Assembly (NCBI GenBank): GCA_964412635.1
Contig: CAYPPQ010000001.1
Span: 46,382 to 110,381 of the forward strand
From: an uncultured Planctomycetia bacterium
GTDB lineage: Bacteria > Planctomycetota > UBA8108 > UBA1146
DNA length: 64,000 nucleotides
Direction of reading: 5' to 3'
Below are positions 19,372-30,137 of this stretch, piece by piece. Position 1 is the stretch's first letter. Each line of letters opens with the position of its first letter. The position numbers and the translations under genes are program-made. The notes beneath the pieces were generated by a model. It saw only the letters and a list, made by a program, of their open reading frames with translations. It searched no databases and was not told where the DNA came from.

Positions 19372-20895
19372 CTAGCCTTGCGGCAGTTTGGCACTGAAGT
19401 CCTTGTTGAAGTCAGAAACGACCCTGGTGAGATTCGCCTCTTCCTCTTCGTTCATCTCTCCAGACTTGGTGATTCCATCGATAATCTCGGGGAACTCGGT
19501 CCGGAGGTGATTGAGCAACTTCTCTTCAAAATCAGCCAGGGAATTGACCGGAAGGTTGTCGAGATGTCCGTTGGCACCACACCAGATCACCACCACCTGT
19601 TCGGCGATGGGCATCGGCTTGTACTGCGGCTGCTTGAGGATCTCTACCATGCGGAATCCACGGTCAAGCTGGGCCTGCGTCGCCTTGTCGAGATCGGTTC
19701 CCAACTGTGCGAAGGCTTCCAGTTCCCTGAATGCGGAGAGGTCGAGACGCAGCGATCCTGCGATCTTCTTCATCGCCTTGATCTGTGCGTTTCCTCCCAC
19801 CCTCGAGACTGAAATTCCGACGTTCACCGCAGGTCTCTGACCGGCGAAGAAGAGGTTGGGTTCGAGGTAGATCTGACCATCGGTGATCGAGATCACGTTG
19901 GTCGGGATGTACGCCGACACCTCACCCTCCTGCGTCTCGATCACTGGCAGGGCGGTCATCGAACCTCCTCCGAGATCATCGGAGAGCTTCGCTGAACGTT
20001 CCAGCAGGCGAGAGTGCAGGTAGAAGACGTCTCCCGGGTATGCCTCACGCCCTGGAGGACGGCGCAGCAGCAGCGACAGCTGCCGGTATGCGGCGGCCTG
20101 CTTCGACAGGTCATCGTAAACACACAGCGTATGCCCGCCGTTGTACATGAAGTACTCGGCCATGGCAGCACCGGTGTAAGGGGCGATGTACTGCAACGGA
20201 GCAGGACTGGAAGCGGGAGCACTGACCACGATGGTGTAATCCATCGCACCCTCGCGCTCGAGCCGGTCCACCACTCCTGCGATCGTCGACCCCTTCTGCC
20301 CCACCGCCACGTAGACGCAGATCACGCCACTGTCACGCTGGTTGATGATGGTGTCGATGGCGATTGCAGTCTTTCCGATTCCCCGGTCGCCGATGATCAG
20401 CTCTCGCTGACCTCGACCGATGGGAATCGTCGAGTCGATCGCCTTGATCCCGGTCTGGAGTGGCTCGTGAACCGATTTACGATCCGCGATTCCAGGTGCC
20501 GGAGATTCCATCGCACGGTAGTGCTCCGTCTTGATGGGGCCCTTGCCGTCGAGGGGATTGCCAAGCGGGTCGACGACCCGTCCGAGCAGCGCCTCACCGC
20601 AGGGAACCTGCATGACGGTTCCGGTTCTCTTGACTTCATCACCCTCCTTGAGGGTGGCAAACTCACCGAGAATTACGGCTCCGATGGAGTTCTCTTCGAG
20701 GTTGAACGCGAGACCGTTTGCGCCATTCGAGAACTCCAACATCTCCCCTGCCATGCAGTTAGAGATGCCATAGATCCTGGCGATTCCGTCTCCCACCTCG
20801 AGAATGGTACCGACCTCATCTACTGCGAGGTCTGACTGGTAATTTTCGATCTCCTTCTTGAGGACAGAGGAGATCTCATCTGCATTAATTTTCAT
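19372..20895 (-). CDS. atpA: ATP synthase alpha subunit
   Basis: It has the P-loop [18 protein letters not shown] and is 507 aa. Confidence 0.95.
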   Translation of the reverse strand: MKINADEISSVLKKEIENYQSDLAVDEVGTILEVGDGIARIYGISNCMAGEMLEFSNGANGLAFNLEENSIGAVILGEFATLKEGDEVKRTGTVMQVPCGEALLGRVVDPLGNPLDGKGPIKTEHYRAMESPAPGIADRKSVHEPLQTGIKAIDSTIPIGRGQRELIIGDRGIGKTAIAIDTIINQRDSGVICVYVAVGQKGSTIAGVVDRLEREGAMDYTIVVSAPASSPAPLQYIAPYTGAAMAEYFMYNGGHTLCVYDDLSKQAAAYRQLSLLLRRPPGREAYPGDVFYLHSRLLERSAKLSDDLGGGSMTALPVIETQEGEVSAYIPTNVISITDGQIYLEPNLFFAGQRPAVNVGISVSRVGGNAQIKAMKKIAGSLRLDLSAFRELEAFAQLGTDLDKATQAQLDRGFRMVEILKQPQYKPMPIAEQVVVIWCGANGHLDNLPVNSLADFEEKLLNHLRTEFPEIIDGITKSGEMNEEEEANLTRVVSDFNKDFSAKLPQG

Positions 20896-21469
20896 CGATC
20901 AGGTCTTTCCCGAATCGAGTAAGTGACACTTCTTGACGGACCTTCCGCAATTGGGTGCGAAGGCTACCGTCGACAACCAAATCACCGATCTGGATCGTGA
21001 TTCCAGACAGGAGGCCTTCGTCGACCAGTTCGGTCGAGACCACCTCCTTGTTCAACTTCTTCGTTATCGCTGCAGTCAGAGCATCGCGCACGTCTTTCGG
21101 CAATTGTGCCGCAGACGTGATTGTTGCGTTGATCCGACCAGCAGCCTCATCGCTCTGATCCCGATACGCATTCGTGATGTCATCGATCAGGTCCTGGCGA
21201 CTGCGATCGATGAGGATGCGAACCAGGTTGAGGACCGGCTCTGCGACCTTGCCCTCCAGTGCCTTTTCAAGCACTGCCTTCTTGTCTTCGCGACGAATCT
21301 TGGGACTCTCGAGGAACACCTTGAAGTCAGCATCTGCCTCGACGGCGTTCAGGAGCGCTGTCAGCTGCTCGCCGTAAAGGTCCACCGAATCGTTGGCGGT
21401 ACCAACCTCCATCAGGGCACGGGCGTAAGCCTGGGCCACCGGATGTCGTTGTTTGATGCCTGCTGCCAT
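20885..21469 (-). CDS. atpH: ATP synthase delta (OSCP) subunit
   Basis: The 194 aa OSCP-like helical protein sits between atpF and atpA and overlaps atpA by 11 nt. Confidence 0.85.
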   Translation of the reverse strand: MAAGIKQRHPVAQAYARALMEVGTANDSVDLYGEQLTALLNAVEADADFKVFLESPKIRREDKKAVLEKALEGKVAEPVLNLVRILIDRSRQDLIDDITNAYRDQSDEAAGRINATITSAAQLPKDVRDALTAAITKKLNKEVVSTELVDEGLLSGITIQIGDLVVDGSLRTQLRKVRQEVSLTRFGKDLIDEN

Positions 21470-21478
21470 GCCTGACTC

Positions 21479-22087
21479 CTAGCTGATCTTCTCGTACTCG
21501 GAGATTGTCTCCCGGGCGATTCGATCGTGATCCTCACTGGTTACCGAATGGCCGATCAACTTCTCGGAGATGGACAGGGAGAGATCGATTGCACGGGTAT
21601 GGATCTCGTCGACTGCTTTCTCCTTGGCCTGATCGATGTCGGAAAGGGCTCTCGCCTTGATCTCCTCCGCCTGCGTTCGAGCTTCGGAAACGACCTGGTC
21701 GCGAACGACCTCGGCATCCCTCTTGCCCTCGGCGACGATGGAACTGGCTTCCTTGCGCGCATTTGCGAGCACCTTTTCCTGTTCCGCCTGAAAAGCCTGC
21801 TGCTCTGCTCTCATTCGATCCGCAGCCTCAAGAGACTCACGGATCTTGTCATCACGCTCGTCGAGAGCAGTGGAGATCGGTCCCCACGCCTTCTTCTTCA
21901 GGACCAGGAACGCCAACACGAACACCGTCACCGTGTAGATGAAGGTCTCCGTATCCGGATCGAGCAGCCCCTTCTTTGCACCACCTGCAGCATCCTCAGC
22001 GAGCAGCTGCGTGGTCGTGACGAAGAAGAAACCAACCAGAACCGAAAGGAACCGGATCAGTCTCGAGATGCCTCTTCGGTTACCCAC
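21479..22087 (-). CDS. atpF: ATP synthase Fo subunit b
   Basis: It has one N-terminal TM helix followed by a long charged coiled-coil (AEQQAFQAEQEKVLANARKEA...). Confidence 0.85.
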   Translation of the reverse strand: MGNRRGISRLIRFLSVLVGFFFVTTTQLLAEDAAGGAKKGLLDPDTETFIYTVTVFVLAFLVLKKKAWGPISTALDERDDKIRESLEAADRMRAEQQAFQAEQEKVLANARKEASSIVAEGKRDAEVVRDQVVSEARTQAEEIKARALSDIDQAKEKAVDEIHTRAIDLSLSISEKLIGHSVTSEDHDRIARETISEYEKIS

Positions 22088-22373
22088 CTGCAGCCATCCC
22101 GATGATGTCGTTGTAGATCATGAAGCAGATCACCACGGCGAAGAGAGCAACTCCCTCGACCAGTGCTGCTGTCAGGAGCATCGCACCACGGACGTCACCG
22201 GATGCTTCTGGCTGACGAGCGATGGCCTCACAGGCACTACCTGCAAGTCTTCCGATTCCCAGTCCAGCACCCACGGCTGCAAGACCAGCGCCGATTCCAG
22301 CACCCAGAATACCGTTGGCAAGCATGCTGCCGTCCGCTGCCGCAAGGCTCAGGATTCCCATGAGCATTTCCAT
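22080..22373 (-). CDS. atpE: ATP synthase Fo subunit c
   Basis: The 97 aa hairpin proteolipid is MEMLMGILSLAA...GLAAVGAGLGIGRLAGSACEAIARQPE...LVEGVALFAVVICF. The ORF track extends to a TTG at 22430, but the ATG (MEM...) preceded by AAAGGGAAAA is the likely start. Confidence 0.85.
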   Translation of the reverse strand: MEMLMGILSLAAADGSMLANGILGAGIGAGLAAVGAGLGIGRLAGSACEAIARQPEASGDVRGAMLLTAALVEGVALFAVVICFMIYNDIIGMAAGG

Positions 22374-22448
22374 TATTTTCCCTTTCTCATGCTCGCCCTG
22401 ACTCGGGCAAGCCCTCCAATGTGACCCCAAGGGCCCAGTGTCAGAATT

Positions 22449-23228
22449 CTAATGTTCAGGATGAATTGCCAACGACAGAAACACCGTCGTCAGGAATGCA
22501 AAAATATACGCCTGGATGAACGCCACCAGGAGTTCCAAAAATGTCAGAGCTACGCAACTGACAACAGAAATCAAAGTAATCGTAGTACCCATCAGGAGAC
22601 TCTCTGCCGAGATGATGCCGGCAAATCCGAGGATCACCGCAAGCATGATGTGTCCACCGACCATGTTGGCGAATAGACGGATGGCAAGAGCAGATGGCTT
22701 GATGATGTGTCCCAGCAGTTCGATGGGAATCATCAGCGGCCACAGATAAGCAGGACCTACCAGCAGGTTTGCTTTCATGTACTTGATGAAACCGTTTCTC
22801 TGGATGCCCACTGCGTGATAGACGCAGAATGAAATCAGCGCCAGGCCCGCCGTGACATTGATGTTTCCGGTCGCCGTGGCGGATCCGGGAATCAACCCGA
22901 GCACGTTGCAGAAGAGAACCAGGAAGAAGAAGGTCCAGATGAGTGGTAAGAACTTGCGAGTGTCTTCTCCGAGGAAGGGCTTGGCCATCTCGTCGCGGAT
23001 GTAGATCAAGATCACCTCGAACAGGCCGATGAATCGACTTCCGGAGGCGGCTCCACCGGTGATCTTGCCGGCGACCATCGGGAAGATGAGCATGCAGAGT
23101 ACAGCGGACAGCATCAGGAACAGCACATGCTTGGTGATCTGCATGTTGCTGGTGAGCCACATCAGGTCGTGATCGAGCACGTGCCCCAGGGGATCACTAC
23201 TGGCCAGGGTCAGAATCAACCCGTTCAT
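22449..23228 (-). CDS. atpB: ATP synthase Fo subunit a
   Basis: It has the LAIRLFANMVGGH essential-Arg region and 5-6 TM helices, and is 259 aa. Confidence 0.9.
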   Translation of the reverse strand: MNGLILTLASSDPLGHVLDHDLMWLTSNMQITKHVLFLMLSAVLCMLIFPMVAGKITGGAASGSRFIGLFEVILIYIRDEMAKPFLGEDTRKFLPLIWTFFFLVLFCNVLGLIPGSATATGNINVTAGLALISFCVYHAVGIQRNGFIKYMKANLLVGPAYLWPLMIPIELLGHIIKPSALAIRLFANMVGGHIMLAVILGFAGIISAESLLMGTTITLISVVSCVALTFLELLVAFIQAYIFAFLTTVFLSLAIHPEH

Positions 23229-23275
23229 CTACCTGCCTCTTCCGCTTTCAAAAGCTCCGGATCTCCCGGAGGGAC

Positions 23276-23731
23276 TCACCTGTCCTGGGGATCGGCATCG
23301 TCATGTGCCAATCCCGCGGACATCTCCAACTCTCCCCGATTCAACGCCTTGGCCAGGGTCACGATCTCGATCCCCAGCACCAGCAGATACAGCAATGTTG
23401 TCGCCAGTAGGCTTCTCGAACTCCAAAGATTCCCCGACATGTCGAGGGACTGTGCAATCAGATACGCAAGACCCATGCTCGCGAACAGCACCGCCACCCT
23501 CTGTGCAACACCCATCAACATCTCGCCCGCCATCTTTTGCGGCGAACACGTCAATGTGATTCGAAGACTTCGGAATCCAAGAACTCCCAGTCCAATCGCC
23601 CAGATTGCGCTCCAGGACAAACAGACCAGCGATCCAGCACCCCATGCATCTTGAACAAACTTGGCTGCGATCCCGCTGGCGATCAGCACGACCCCGGCAC
23701 TCCTGGCGAGAAAAACCTGGAAAAGGCTCAA
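23276..23731 (-). CDS. atpI: AtpI-like hydrophobic protein (ATP synthase protein I candidate)
   Basis: A 151 aa, 4-TM protein immediately upstream of atpB. It has a 4-nt overlap with the atpZ-like gene. Confidence 0.45.
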   Translation of the reverse strand: MSLFQVFLARSAGVVLIASGIAAKFVQDAWGAGSLVCLSWSAIWAIGLGVLGFRSLRITLTCSPQKMAGEMLMGVAQRVAVLFASMGLAYLIAQSLDMSGNLWSSRSLLATTLLYLLVLGIEIVTLAKALNRGELEMSAGLAHDDADPQDR

Positions 23732-24024
23732 TCGTTCGCCTCTCCGGACTTCTCTCCCCCGTCAACGTCATGCGAACTCTTCGAGCCCGGCACCCGTTGA
23801 CCTTCATGTAGCAAGATCTTCACCATCGCTACGAGTCCAAGACCGATTCCACCGAGCGTTCCCCACGGTGAAACATCGAACTGGTCATCGATCCAGATTC
23901 CAGCAAGAGCCAGAACCACGAATGTGATGACCACCTGAAAACCTAGCGTCGAAAGACGGATGTATGCCGCCGCCTTTGCCGGATCATTGTCAGGCTCGGA
24001 ACTCGAGGTACTGGTCATCGCCAC
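23728..24024 (-). CDS. AtpZ/ATPase_gene1-like small membrane protein
   Basis: A 98 aa protein with two TM helices (AAAYIRLSTLGFQVVITFVVLALAGIWIDDQF). It is the first gene of the atp operon. Confidence 0.5.
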   Translation of the reverse strand: MAMTSTSSSEPDNDPAKAAAYIRLSTLGFQVVITFVVLALAGIWIDDQFDVSPWGTLGGIGLGLVAMVKILLHEGQRVPGSKSSHDVDGGEKSGEAND

Positions 24025-24191
24025 ACTCCCGATCGATTCCCTGAAGAAGATCTGGATTCCAGCGAAACGACCTCTACATCGACTGGGAAGGTAGCAACGG
24101 CCCAGAATGAGGTCAAGGAAATCGGAGTGGAGAAATCGGCTCTATTGAGCCTCTTACCGCCGGTAAAAGACAAATTCTCCAGGTCGCTTCA

Positions 24192-27014
24192 TTACTCCTC
24201 CCCGAGCGCATCCAGGACCTGCCTTGGGCGCACTGCAGAGGGTACGAGGCGCAGCGCTCGACGGGCGACCTTGATCGCTTCCTGCTCCTCTCCCAGTTTC
24301 CACAGAACCCAGGATAGATCCGGGTAGATCTCGTCGAGAGGTGGCTTTTCCGCCGCCAGTCTCGCCTCGAATTCACGCTTCGCCTTGCTCCACGCCTGGA
24401 TATTGAAGTAGGCAGTGGCGAGGATCGCGTGACTCTCATCTCCATAGGGTGAGATGAAGGGAAGGTCCCAGGCAGCGTCGACCACCCCCTCCCAGTCCTC
24501 GAGCTTGGCGAGTCGCTGGGCCAGCGCCAATCTCGACGGAGCATCATCTCTATCGTTTCTCACCTGGGCACGCATCGATTCGATGGCTGCCTCTGAATCG
24601 CCGAGATCCTCCTGGATCGTTGCCAGCTCCAGCCATGGCGATCGTCCACCCACGGGAGATTTCGCCGATCGCGGAGCTCTGCTTGTCGCCGCCTCGTAGA
24701 ATTTTCTCGCCTCTTCGCTATCTCCACGCTGGCGAAGTTGCTGAGCCAGCAGGATTTGACATCGATAGGTCCAGGTCGAGTTCCCATCGATCGCCTTTCG
24801 CATCGATGCGATTCCGCTGTCCACCTTGCCATCCCGAAAGTGCAACCAACCCTCTACTGCGGCGAGATCTGCATCCGATTCATCGATCTTCTTCGCCTTT
24901 CCGATGGCCAGCTCGGCATCGGCTTTCCGCGAAGCTCCCAGGTACGCCGCGGCAACCCACGCCCACGCTCTCGCATCCCCGGAAGAATCCTCTGCCTTTC
25001 GGCGCAACGGATCGATATGACGTTCCTGAAAGGTCGGCCCGACGCCGCTGGTCTCGACCCATTCGGAGATCCATTCCCACATCCAGCGGTTGAACTGCTC
25101 GATGGAAAGATCCAGCACCTGAGCGATCACCTGCTCGGTATCGGCACCGTTGGAGTAGGCCTCGAGCATCTTGCGGATCGACCCGAGACCGTGCTTCTCC
25201 GCGATCATCTGGCAGATCAATCCTCCTTGCACGTAGCCGACGAGGATCTCGTTGCGCCATCGAGGGCTCATGAACGCCCCCTGCAGGTCTTCGATGCCTC
25301 TCATCGTCTTGCCATGAAACTCGGAGGCGATCAGCAGCGGCTCATATCGCCTCCACCGCGGTCGAGTACGTCCCTCCTCGTAGACGGAGAGTCCTTCACC
25401 GAACCAGCGTGGAATCCGATGCTGCGCCTTGATCAACGTCGCGACATGGGCGAACTCGTGAACCGCCACTGCACCCCAGTTCCCTGGAATTGCATTGGGT
25501 GTGGTCAGCGTCACGAGGTGTCCGAAACACACGCCACTGGCGGCAAGACCCGGCAATCCGATGGAGCGCGCAGAGAAGTAGGCATGCTCGGAGAAATCCT
25601 CGACCATCAGTGGACGATGAATTTTGGTCTCGTAATCTCTGTCGAGCTCGGTTCTCGACTCGAGCAGCAGAGGAAGAAGATACGGCATCAGCCACGGCTC
25701 CTCGTCTCTGCGCATGCGGATCACCAGCCCATCCTTTTCCTCGGATGTGAAGTTCTCATCGATGTGCGACATCAGGGTCCTGGTGTTCTTGACCCACACG
25801 TTGTAGCGATCCTTCTGCCACGCTTCTTCCAGAGCAGACCGACCCTCTTTCTCCAGTCCGCTTCGAAGAGCATTGATGGAGAAGACGGCATGAGAGGCAG
25901 GGATTCCGGGATCGAGTTCCATCGCTTTGCGGGCATGCTCGGCAGATTCCCTGTAGAAGAAGCGGTCGACCAGCCGCTCTGCCAGCGTCACATGAAAGAG
26001 CGCAGGAGCGGGGTGAGAAGCGGACACCTCTTCCTGAAACTTCTCGAATTCCTCGATCCGTGCTGTCGACCACAGTACCGCCGCAAGCAACCCCTGCGCC
26101 CGGGGATGGCCGCCATCGATCTCCAGCGCCTGTCTGTAGAACGATTCCGCCTGATCCCACCGCTCTGAACTGAAGCTGAGGTCTCCTTGAAGGATCAGCA
26201 ATGCAGGATTCTGGGGATCGATGACGGTGGCCCTGGCGATCAGTTCCTGCACCGTCTTGCCGCGATCTCCCGGGAATCGGAAGTCGGACCAGGTCGAACG
26301 AGCAAGGCCGATCAGGGCCATCACGCTCCGCGGATTGGTCTCCAGAGCATCCTTGAAGTGACTTCTCGAATCGGGGTAGTTGTACTTGCTATGCAGTGCC
26401 TCACCGCTGGCAACATGAGCAGCGACCGATTTCTTGTCGAGATACAGTGCGCTGTCATACATCACTTCATACGCATCTCGGAACCGGTTCAATCCCTCAC
26501 ACGCCTTACCCATCCATACGAACTGCTCCGGTCTCAACTTCTGCGCTTCTTCTCTCGACATCTCCTTGTAGATATCGAGTACAGAACGAAGACGCTTTTC
26601 ACCGGCATTGCGCTTTCCCTGATCAATTTGTAACAAACCGAGTCGACTCAACGCCTCGACGTGCTTTGAATTCGCCGCGAGCGCTCGGAGTAACAGTGCC
26701 TCCGCCGTGGAATCTTTTCCACGATCCGCTGCCAGTCCCCCCGCAGCTGCCAGAAGGTCGGGATCGTCAGCGCTGAATCGAGGGTGCGAGGAGAGCGATT
26801 TTTCTGCCAGATCGCGCTTGCCGGTCTCCTTGTACAACCGCGATTCCAGCAACGGAAACTGTCCCGGCTCCTCCTCGACCCAGTCGGTCGCCTCCTGGTA
26901 CTGCCCGGTTTCGATGAGGTAGCGAAGTTCCTCTCTCTCATCGAGATCGGTGATCGATCCTGAGGCCAGCAGCGGTATCAAGATGAGGATGAAAGAGGTG
27001 ATTCTTCGAAACAT
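24192..27014 (-). CDS. secreted TPR-repeat protein with central HEXXH (peptidase-MA-like) domain
   Basis: TPR-like helical repeats flank a central AVAVHEFAHVATL...WFGEGLSVYEEG region (HExxH plus downstream E). The signal peptide is MFRRITSFILILIPLLASG. I chose the ATG at 27014 with AGGAG upstream; the ORF track extends to 27050. Confidence 0.7.
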   Translation of the reverse strand: MFRRITSFILILIPLLASGSITDLDEREELRYLIETGQYQEATDWVEEEPGQFPLLESRLYKETGKRDLAEKSLSSHPRFSADDPDLLAAAGGLAADRGKDSTAEALLLRALAANSKHVEALSRLGLLQIDQGKRNAGEKRLRSVLDIYKEMSREEAQKLRPEQFVWMGKACEGLNRFRDAYEVMYDSALYLDKKSVAAHVASGEALHSKYNYPDSRSHFKDALETNPRSVMALIGLARSTWSDFRFPGDRGKTVQELIARATVIDPQNPALLILQGDLSFSSERWDQAESFYRQALEIDGGHPRAQGLLAAVLWSTARIEEFEKFQEEVSASHPAPALFHVTLAERLVDRFFYRESAEHARKAMELDPGIPASHAVFSINALRSGLEKEGRSALEEAWQKDRYNVWVKNTRTLMSHIDENFTSEEKDGLVIRMRRDEEPWLMPYLLPLLLESRTELDRDYETKIHRPLMVEDFSEHAYFSARSIGLPGLAASGVCFGHLVTLTTPNAIPGNWGAVAVHEFAHVATLIKAQHRIPRWFGEGLSVYEEGRTRPRWRRYEPLLIASEFHGKTMRGIEDLQGAFMSPRWRNEILVGYVQGGLICQMIAEKHGLGSIRKMLEAYSNGADTEQVIAQVLDLSIEQFNRWMWEWISEWVETSGVGPTFQERHIDPLRRKAEDSSGDARAWAWVAAAYLGASRKADAELAIGKAKKIDESDADLAAVEGWLHFRDGKVDSGIASMRKAIDGNSTWTYRCQILLAQQLRQRGDSEEARKFYEAATSRAPRSAKSPVGGRSPWLELATIQEDLGDSEAAIESMRAQVRNDRDDAPSRLALAQRLAKLEDWEGVVDAAWDLPFISPYGDESHAILATAYFNIQAWSKAKREFEARLAAEKPPLDEIYPDLSWVLWKLGEEQEAIKVARRALRLVPSAVRPRQVLDALGEE

Positions 27015-27228
27015 GGATCTATCGACTCCTGGCTGCGGGAATGACAACACCGGTGGGGAGTGATTCTACACGAATGGCACTGCATCGGGAGTATTCAGCG
27101 GTTGGCACCCTTTCCCGCCTCATCCCCCCGATCCACGGATGCCCCGATTTGTCGGGATCTGCACTAGCATCCTAGACTCCTTTGACGGCTCGACCGTCAC
27201 GGGAGTGAATAGCAGGAGGGAGCCCAGC

Positions 27229-29676
27229 GTGGCTGTAAAGTTCACTGAAAAAGCCGAGAAGGTGCTTCAGATCGCCAAGAATGAGGCAAAACGCCTCGGT
27301 CATGGCTACATCGGCACCGAGCACATCCTGTGGGCGTTGCTTCACCAGCCGGACTCGGTTGCGGTGCAGGCGATTCTCCGCTGCGACAAGACGGTGGAGG
27401 AACTCCTCGCCGCCTTACGGGAAAGCCTTGGCAGGATCCCTGCCAACAGTGGCGGCCCGTCCTCGGATAGCACCTATACCCCCCATGCCAAACGCTCTCT
27501 CGAACTCGCTCGGGAGCAAGCAGTACTGCTCGACCAGTACTACATCGGTACCGAGCACCTGTTGATTGGTCTCGGAAGGGAAGAGGAGGGGGAAGCCCCT
27601 CGCATCCTGTCCGAACGAGACCTTGGTAAAGACCGACTTCAAAATGTCATCCAGAGAATGCTTGGAGGAGATGTGGATCAGGCACAAGGAAGCACCGTCA
27701 AACGCAGCGGTGTCGCAACCCCGACTCTCGATTCGAACGGTGTGGATCTGACGGCAGTCGCTGCTCAGAACCGACTCGACCCTGTCATCGGTAGGCACAA
27801 GGAGATCGAGCGAGTCATTCAGATCCTGTCGCGGAAAACCAAGAACAATCCCGTCGTGATGGGTGAACCCGGAGTGGGAAAAACCGCCATCGTCGAGGGA
27901 CTTGCACAACGGATCGCCGACAGTGCAGTGCCGGAAGTACTGGCACGAAAGAGAGTGGTTTCTCTCGACCTGGCTTCGCTCCTTGCAGGAACCAAGTACA
28001 GGGGAGAGTTCGAGAAGCGTATCAAGGCCATCATCAAGGAGATCTCCGAATCAGGAAACGTCATCCTGTTCGTCGACGAACTCCACACGATCATGGGTGC
28101 TGGAGCTTCCGAATCGAGCCTCGACGCATCGAACATCCTGAAGCCGGCTCTCTCGCGAGGTGAGATCCAGTGCATCGGAGCCACCACCCTCGATGAGTAC
28201 CGCAAGCACATCGAGAAGGATGGCGCCATGGAGCGTCGCTTCCAGCCGATCATCGTCGATCCCCCCAGCAGGGATGACGCCCTGGAGATCCTGATGGGGC
28301 TTCGTGACACCTTTGAAGCACATCACCGTGTCCAGATTACCGACTGCGCCATCGAAGCAGCGGTGGACATGTCGATACGCTACATCTCCAACAGGTTCCT
28401 TCCCGACAAGGCCATCGATGTACTCGACGAGGCTTGCTCGTGTGAGCGCTTGCAGCGGACCACCCGTCCGCCCGACCTCACCGATGTCGAGGGTGAGATC
28501 GACCAGTTACAGCGCGAGAAGAATGAAGCGGTCTTCTCCCAGGATTTCGAGCTCGCCGCTGAAATCCGTGACCACCTCGAGAACAAGAAAAACTACAAGG
28601 AGAAGGTGATCCAGGACTGGAAAGCCAGCTCCAAGGAAGTGGACGGCAAGGTCGATGCACCACGCATCTGTTTCACCGTGTCGGAGATGACTGGTGTGCC
28701 CATCCAGAACCTGCAGGAAGAAGAGGCCAGCCGTCTCAGAAAGATGGAAGCCACCCTGCACGAAGATGTGGTGAGCCAAGATCATGCCATCAACTCCATC
28801 AGTAGAGCCACTCGCCGTGCCCGCGCCGGACTGCGTGATCCGCAGCGCCCGATGGGTTCGTTCGTCTTCGTCGGACCAACCGGTGTCGGAAAGACCCTGG
28901 TGGCAAAGGCCCTCGCCAAGTTCCTGTTTGGAACCGAGGATGCATTGCTCTCCATCGACATGTCGGAGTACTCGGAGAAGCACTCCGTTTCTCGCCTGAT
29001 CGGATCGCCTCCAGGATATGTCGGATACGACGAGGGTGGATTGCTCACCGAGAAGGTGCGCCGCAAGCCATACATGGTGGTGCTCTTCGATGAGATCGAA
29101 AAAGCTCACGTCGACATCTCCAACACCTTGTTGCAGGTACTGGAAGAGGGTCGCTTGACCGACGCTTTCGGTCGCAAGGTCGATTTCCGCAACACCATCG
29201 TCGTCTTCACCTCCAACCTGGGAGTCAGGGAGGCTGAAAACCGCTCCTCTCTCGGTTTCGGTGAATCAGAGGAGGACGATGCCGCCTCGAGAAATGCCGT
29301 CCTGGATGCGGTGAAGACCTTCTTCCGACCCGAGTTCCTGAACCGCGTCGACGAGGTCGTCGTCTTCGATGAATTCAGCCAGGAGGACCTGGTGAAGATT
29401 CTCGATCTGGAAGTTGCCAAGCTGGAAGCGCGGATCGCAGCATTGAACCTGACGATTCACATCGAGGATGAGGCAAAGCAATTCCTGGTCTCCGAGGGAT
29501 CGCTGCCGGGAACCGGAGCAAGAGGACTGCGTCGTGTACTGGAAGATCATCTCCAGGACCGCATCGCCGATCTCGTTCTCGACGGAAAGTTGAATGGTGG
29601 TGGAATGGTCAAGGTCTCCCTCGCAACCGATGGGAAGATCGAAGTGGTCGTCGAGCAGCAAGACACCGTCAGCTAG
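27229..29676 (+). CDS. clpC: ATP-dependent Clp protease ATPase subunit ClpC (ClpA/B family, two AAA+ modules)
   Basis: It has the Clp_N repeats, Walker [16 protein letters not shown], the second AAA module GPTGVGKT, and a short UVR-like linker. The probable start is the GTG at 27229, 10 nt after an AGGAGG. Confidence 0.9.
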   Translation: MAVKFTEKAEKVLQIAKNEAKRLGHGYIGTEHILWALLHQPDSVAVQAILRCDKTVEELLAALRESLGRIPANSGGPSSDSTYTPHAKRSLELAREQAVLLDQYYIGTEHLLIGLGREEEGEAPRILSERDLGKDRLQNVIQRMLGGDVDQAQGSTVKRSGVATPTLDSNGVDLTAVAAQNRLDPVIGRHKEIERVIQILSRKTKNNPVVMGEPGVGKTAIVEGLAQRIADSAVPEVLARKRVVSLDLASLLAGTKYRGEFEKRIKAIIKEISESGNVILFVDELHTIMGAGASESSLDASNILKPALSRGEIQCIGATTLDEYRKHIEKDGAMERRFQPIIVDPPSRDDALEILMGLRDTFEAHHRVQITDCAIEAAVDMSIRYISNRFLPDKAIDVLDEACSCERLQRTTRPPDLTDVEGEIDQLQREKNEAVFSQDFELAAEIRDHLENKKNYKEKVIQDWKASSKEVDGKVDAPRICFTVSEMTGVPIQNLQEEEASRLRKMEATLHEDVVSQDHAINSISRATRRARAGLRDPQRPMGSFVFVGPTGVGKTLVAKALAKFLFGTEDALLSIDMSEYSEKHSVSRLIGSPPGYVGYDEGGLLTEKVRRKPYMVVLFDEIEKAHVDISNTLLQVLEEGRLTDAFGRKVDFRNTIVVFTSNLGVREAENRSSLGFGESEEDDAASRNAVLDAVKTFFRPEFLNRVDEVVVFDEFSQEDLVKILDLEVAKLEARIAALNLTIHIEDEAKQFLVSEGSLPGTGARGLRRVLEDHLQDRIADLVLDGKLNGGGMVKVSLATDGKIEVVVEQQDTVS

Positions 29677-29714
29677 ATCCGCATCAAGTAACAGCAGAGA
29701 CAGAGCCCGCCAAG

Positions 29715-29755
29715 CCCGTGAATTCTCCACCTGGAGGATTCCGGGCCTTTTCTTT
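29715..29755 (+). terminator. rho-independent terminator after clpC
   Basis: The stem is cccg-t-gaattctcc / ggaggattc-cggg (13 bp with one G-U pair and one bulge) with loop acct. The tail is ccttttctttgggg. Confidence 0.65.
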
Positions 29756-29797
29756 GGGGTCTGTTACCATGACGTCGGTCACTGGAGAGGAGCCCGT

Positions 29798-30121
29798 TTG
29801 GATTTTCAGAGGTGCCCTCACTGCGACGCTCCCTTGAATGCTCAGCAGGTTTGCTGCCGCCACTGTGGAAGTGACCTGGAAACCGGTTGGCGCGATGCGG
29901 GCGACATCGAATATGCATCGGTGATGCTCCCTGAAGATGACGACGAGATGGAGAGCGAGCAGCGATCGAGGTCTGTGCCCCGGCAGAAACGGATCGGTCT
30001 GTTGATCCTGGGTCTGCTCCTGGCAGGTGCTGCGCCCGTATTCTTCCAGTTCAACCCGTGGCTGACACTGGCGCTGTGGCTCGCCCTCGGCCTGCTTCTG
30101 GGCCGGGTGCAATCTTCCTGA
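29798..30121 (+). CDS. small zinc-ribbon membrane protein, hypothetical
   Basis: It has CPHC-x12-CRHC (RCPHCDAPLNAQQVCCRHCGSDL) followed by two TM helices (IGLLILGLLLAGAAPVFF, LTLALWLALGLLLG). The start is a TTG after GGAGAGGAG. The ORF track begins at 29594, which overlaps clpC, so the start is uncertain. Confidence 0.35.
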   Translation: MDFQRCPHCDAPLNAQQVCCRHCGSDLETGWRDAGDIEYASVMLPEDDDEMESEQRSRSVPRQKRIGLLILGLLLAGAAPVFFQFNPWLTLALWLALGLLLGRVQSS

Positions 30122-30137
30122 CACGATTTTCGTCCCA

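Noticed and set aside
22374-22430. TTG-initiated 19-codon N-terminal extension of atpE in the ORF track
   Set aside because: An ATG preceded by AAAGGGAAAA gives the canonical 97 aa c subunit (MEMLMGIL...). The extension is unnecessary.
24738-26168. 476 aa plus-strand ORF
   Set aside because: It is antisense to the TPR/HEXXH gene and has no motifs. It is a typical long shadow ORF in a high-GC genome.
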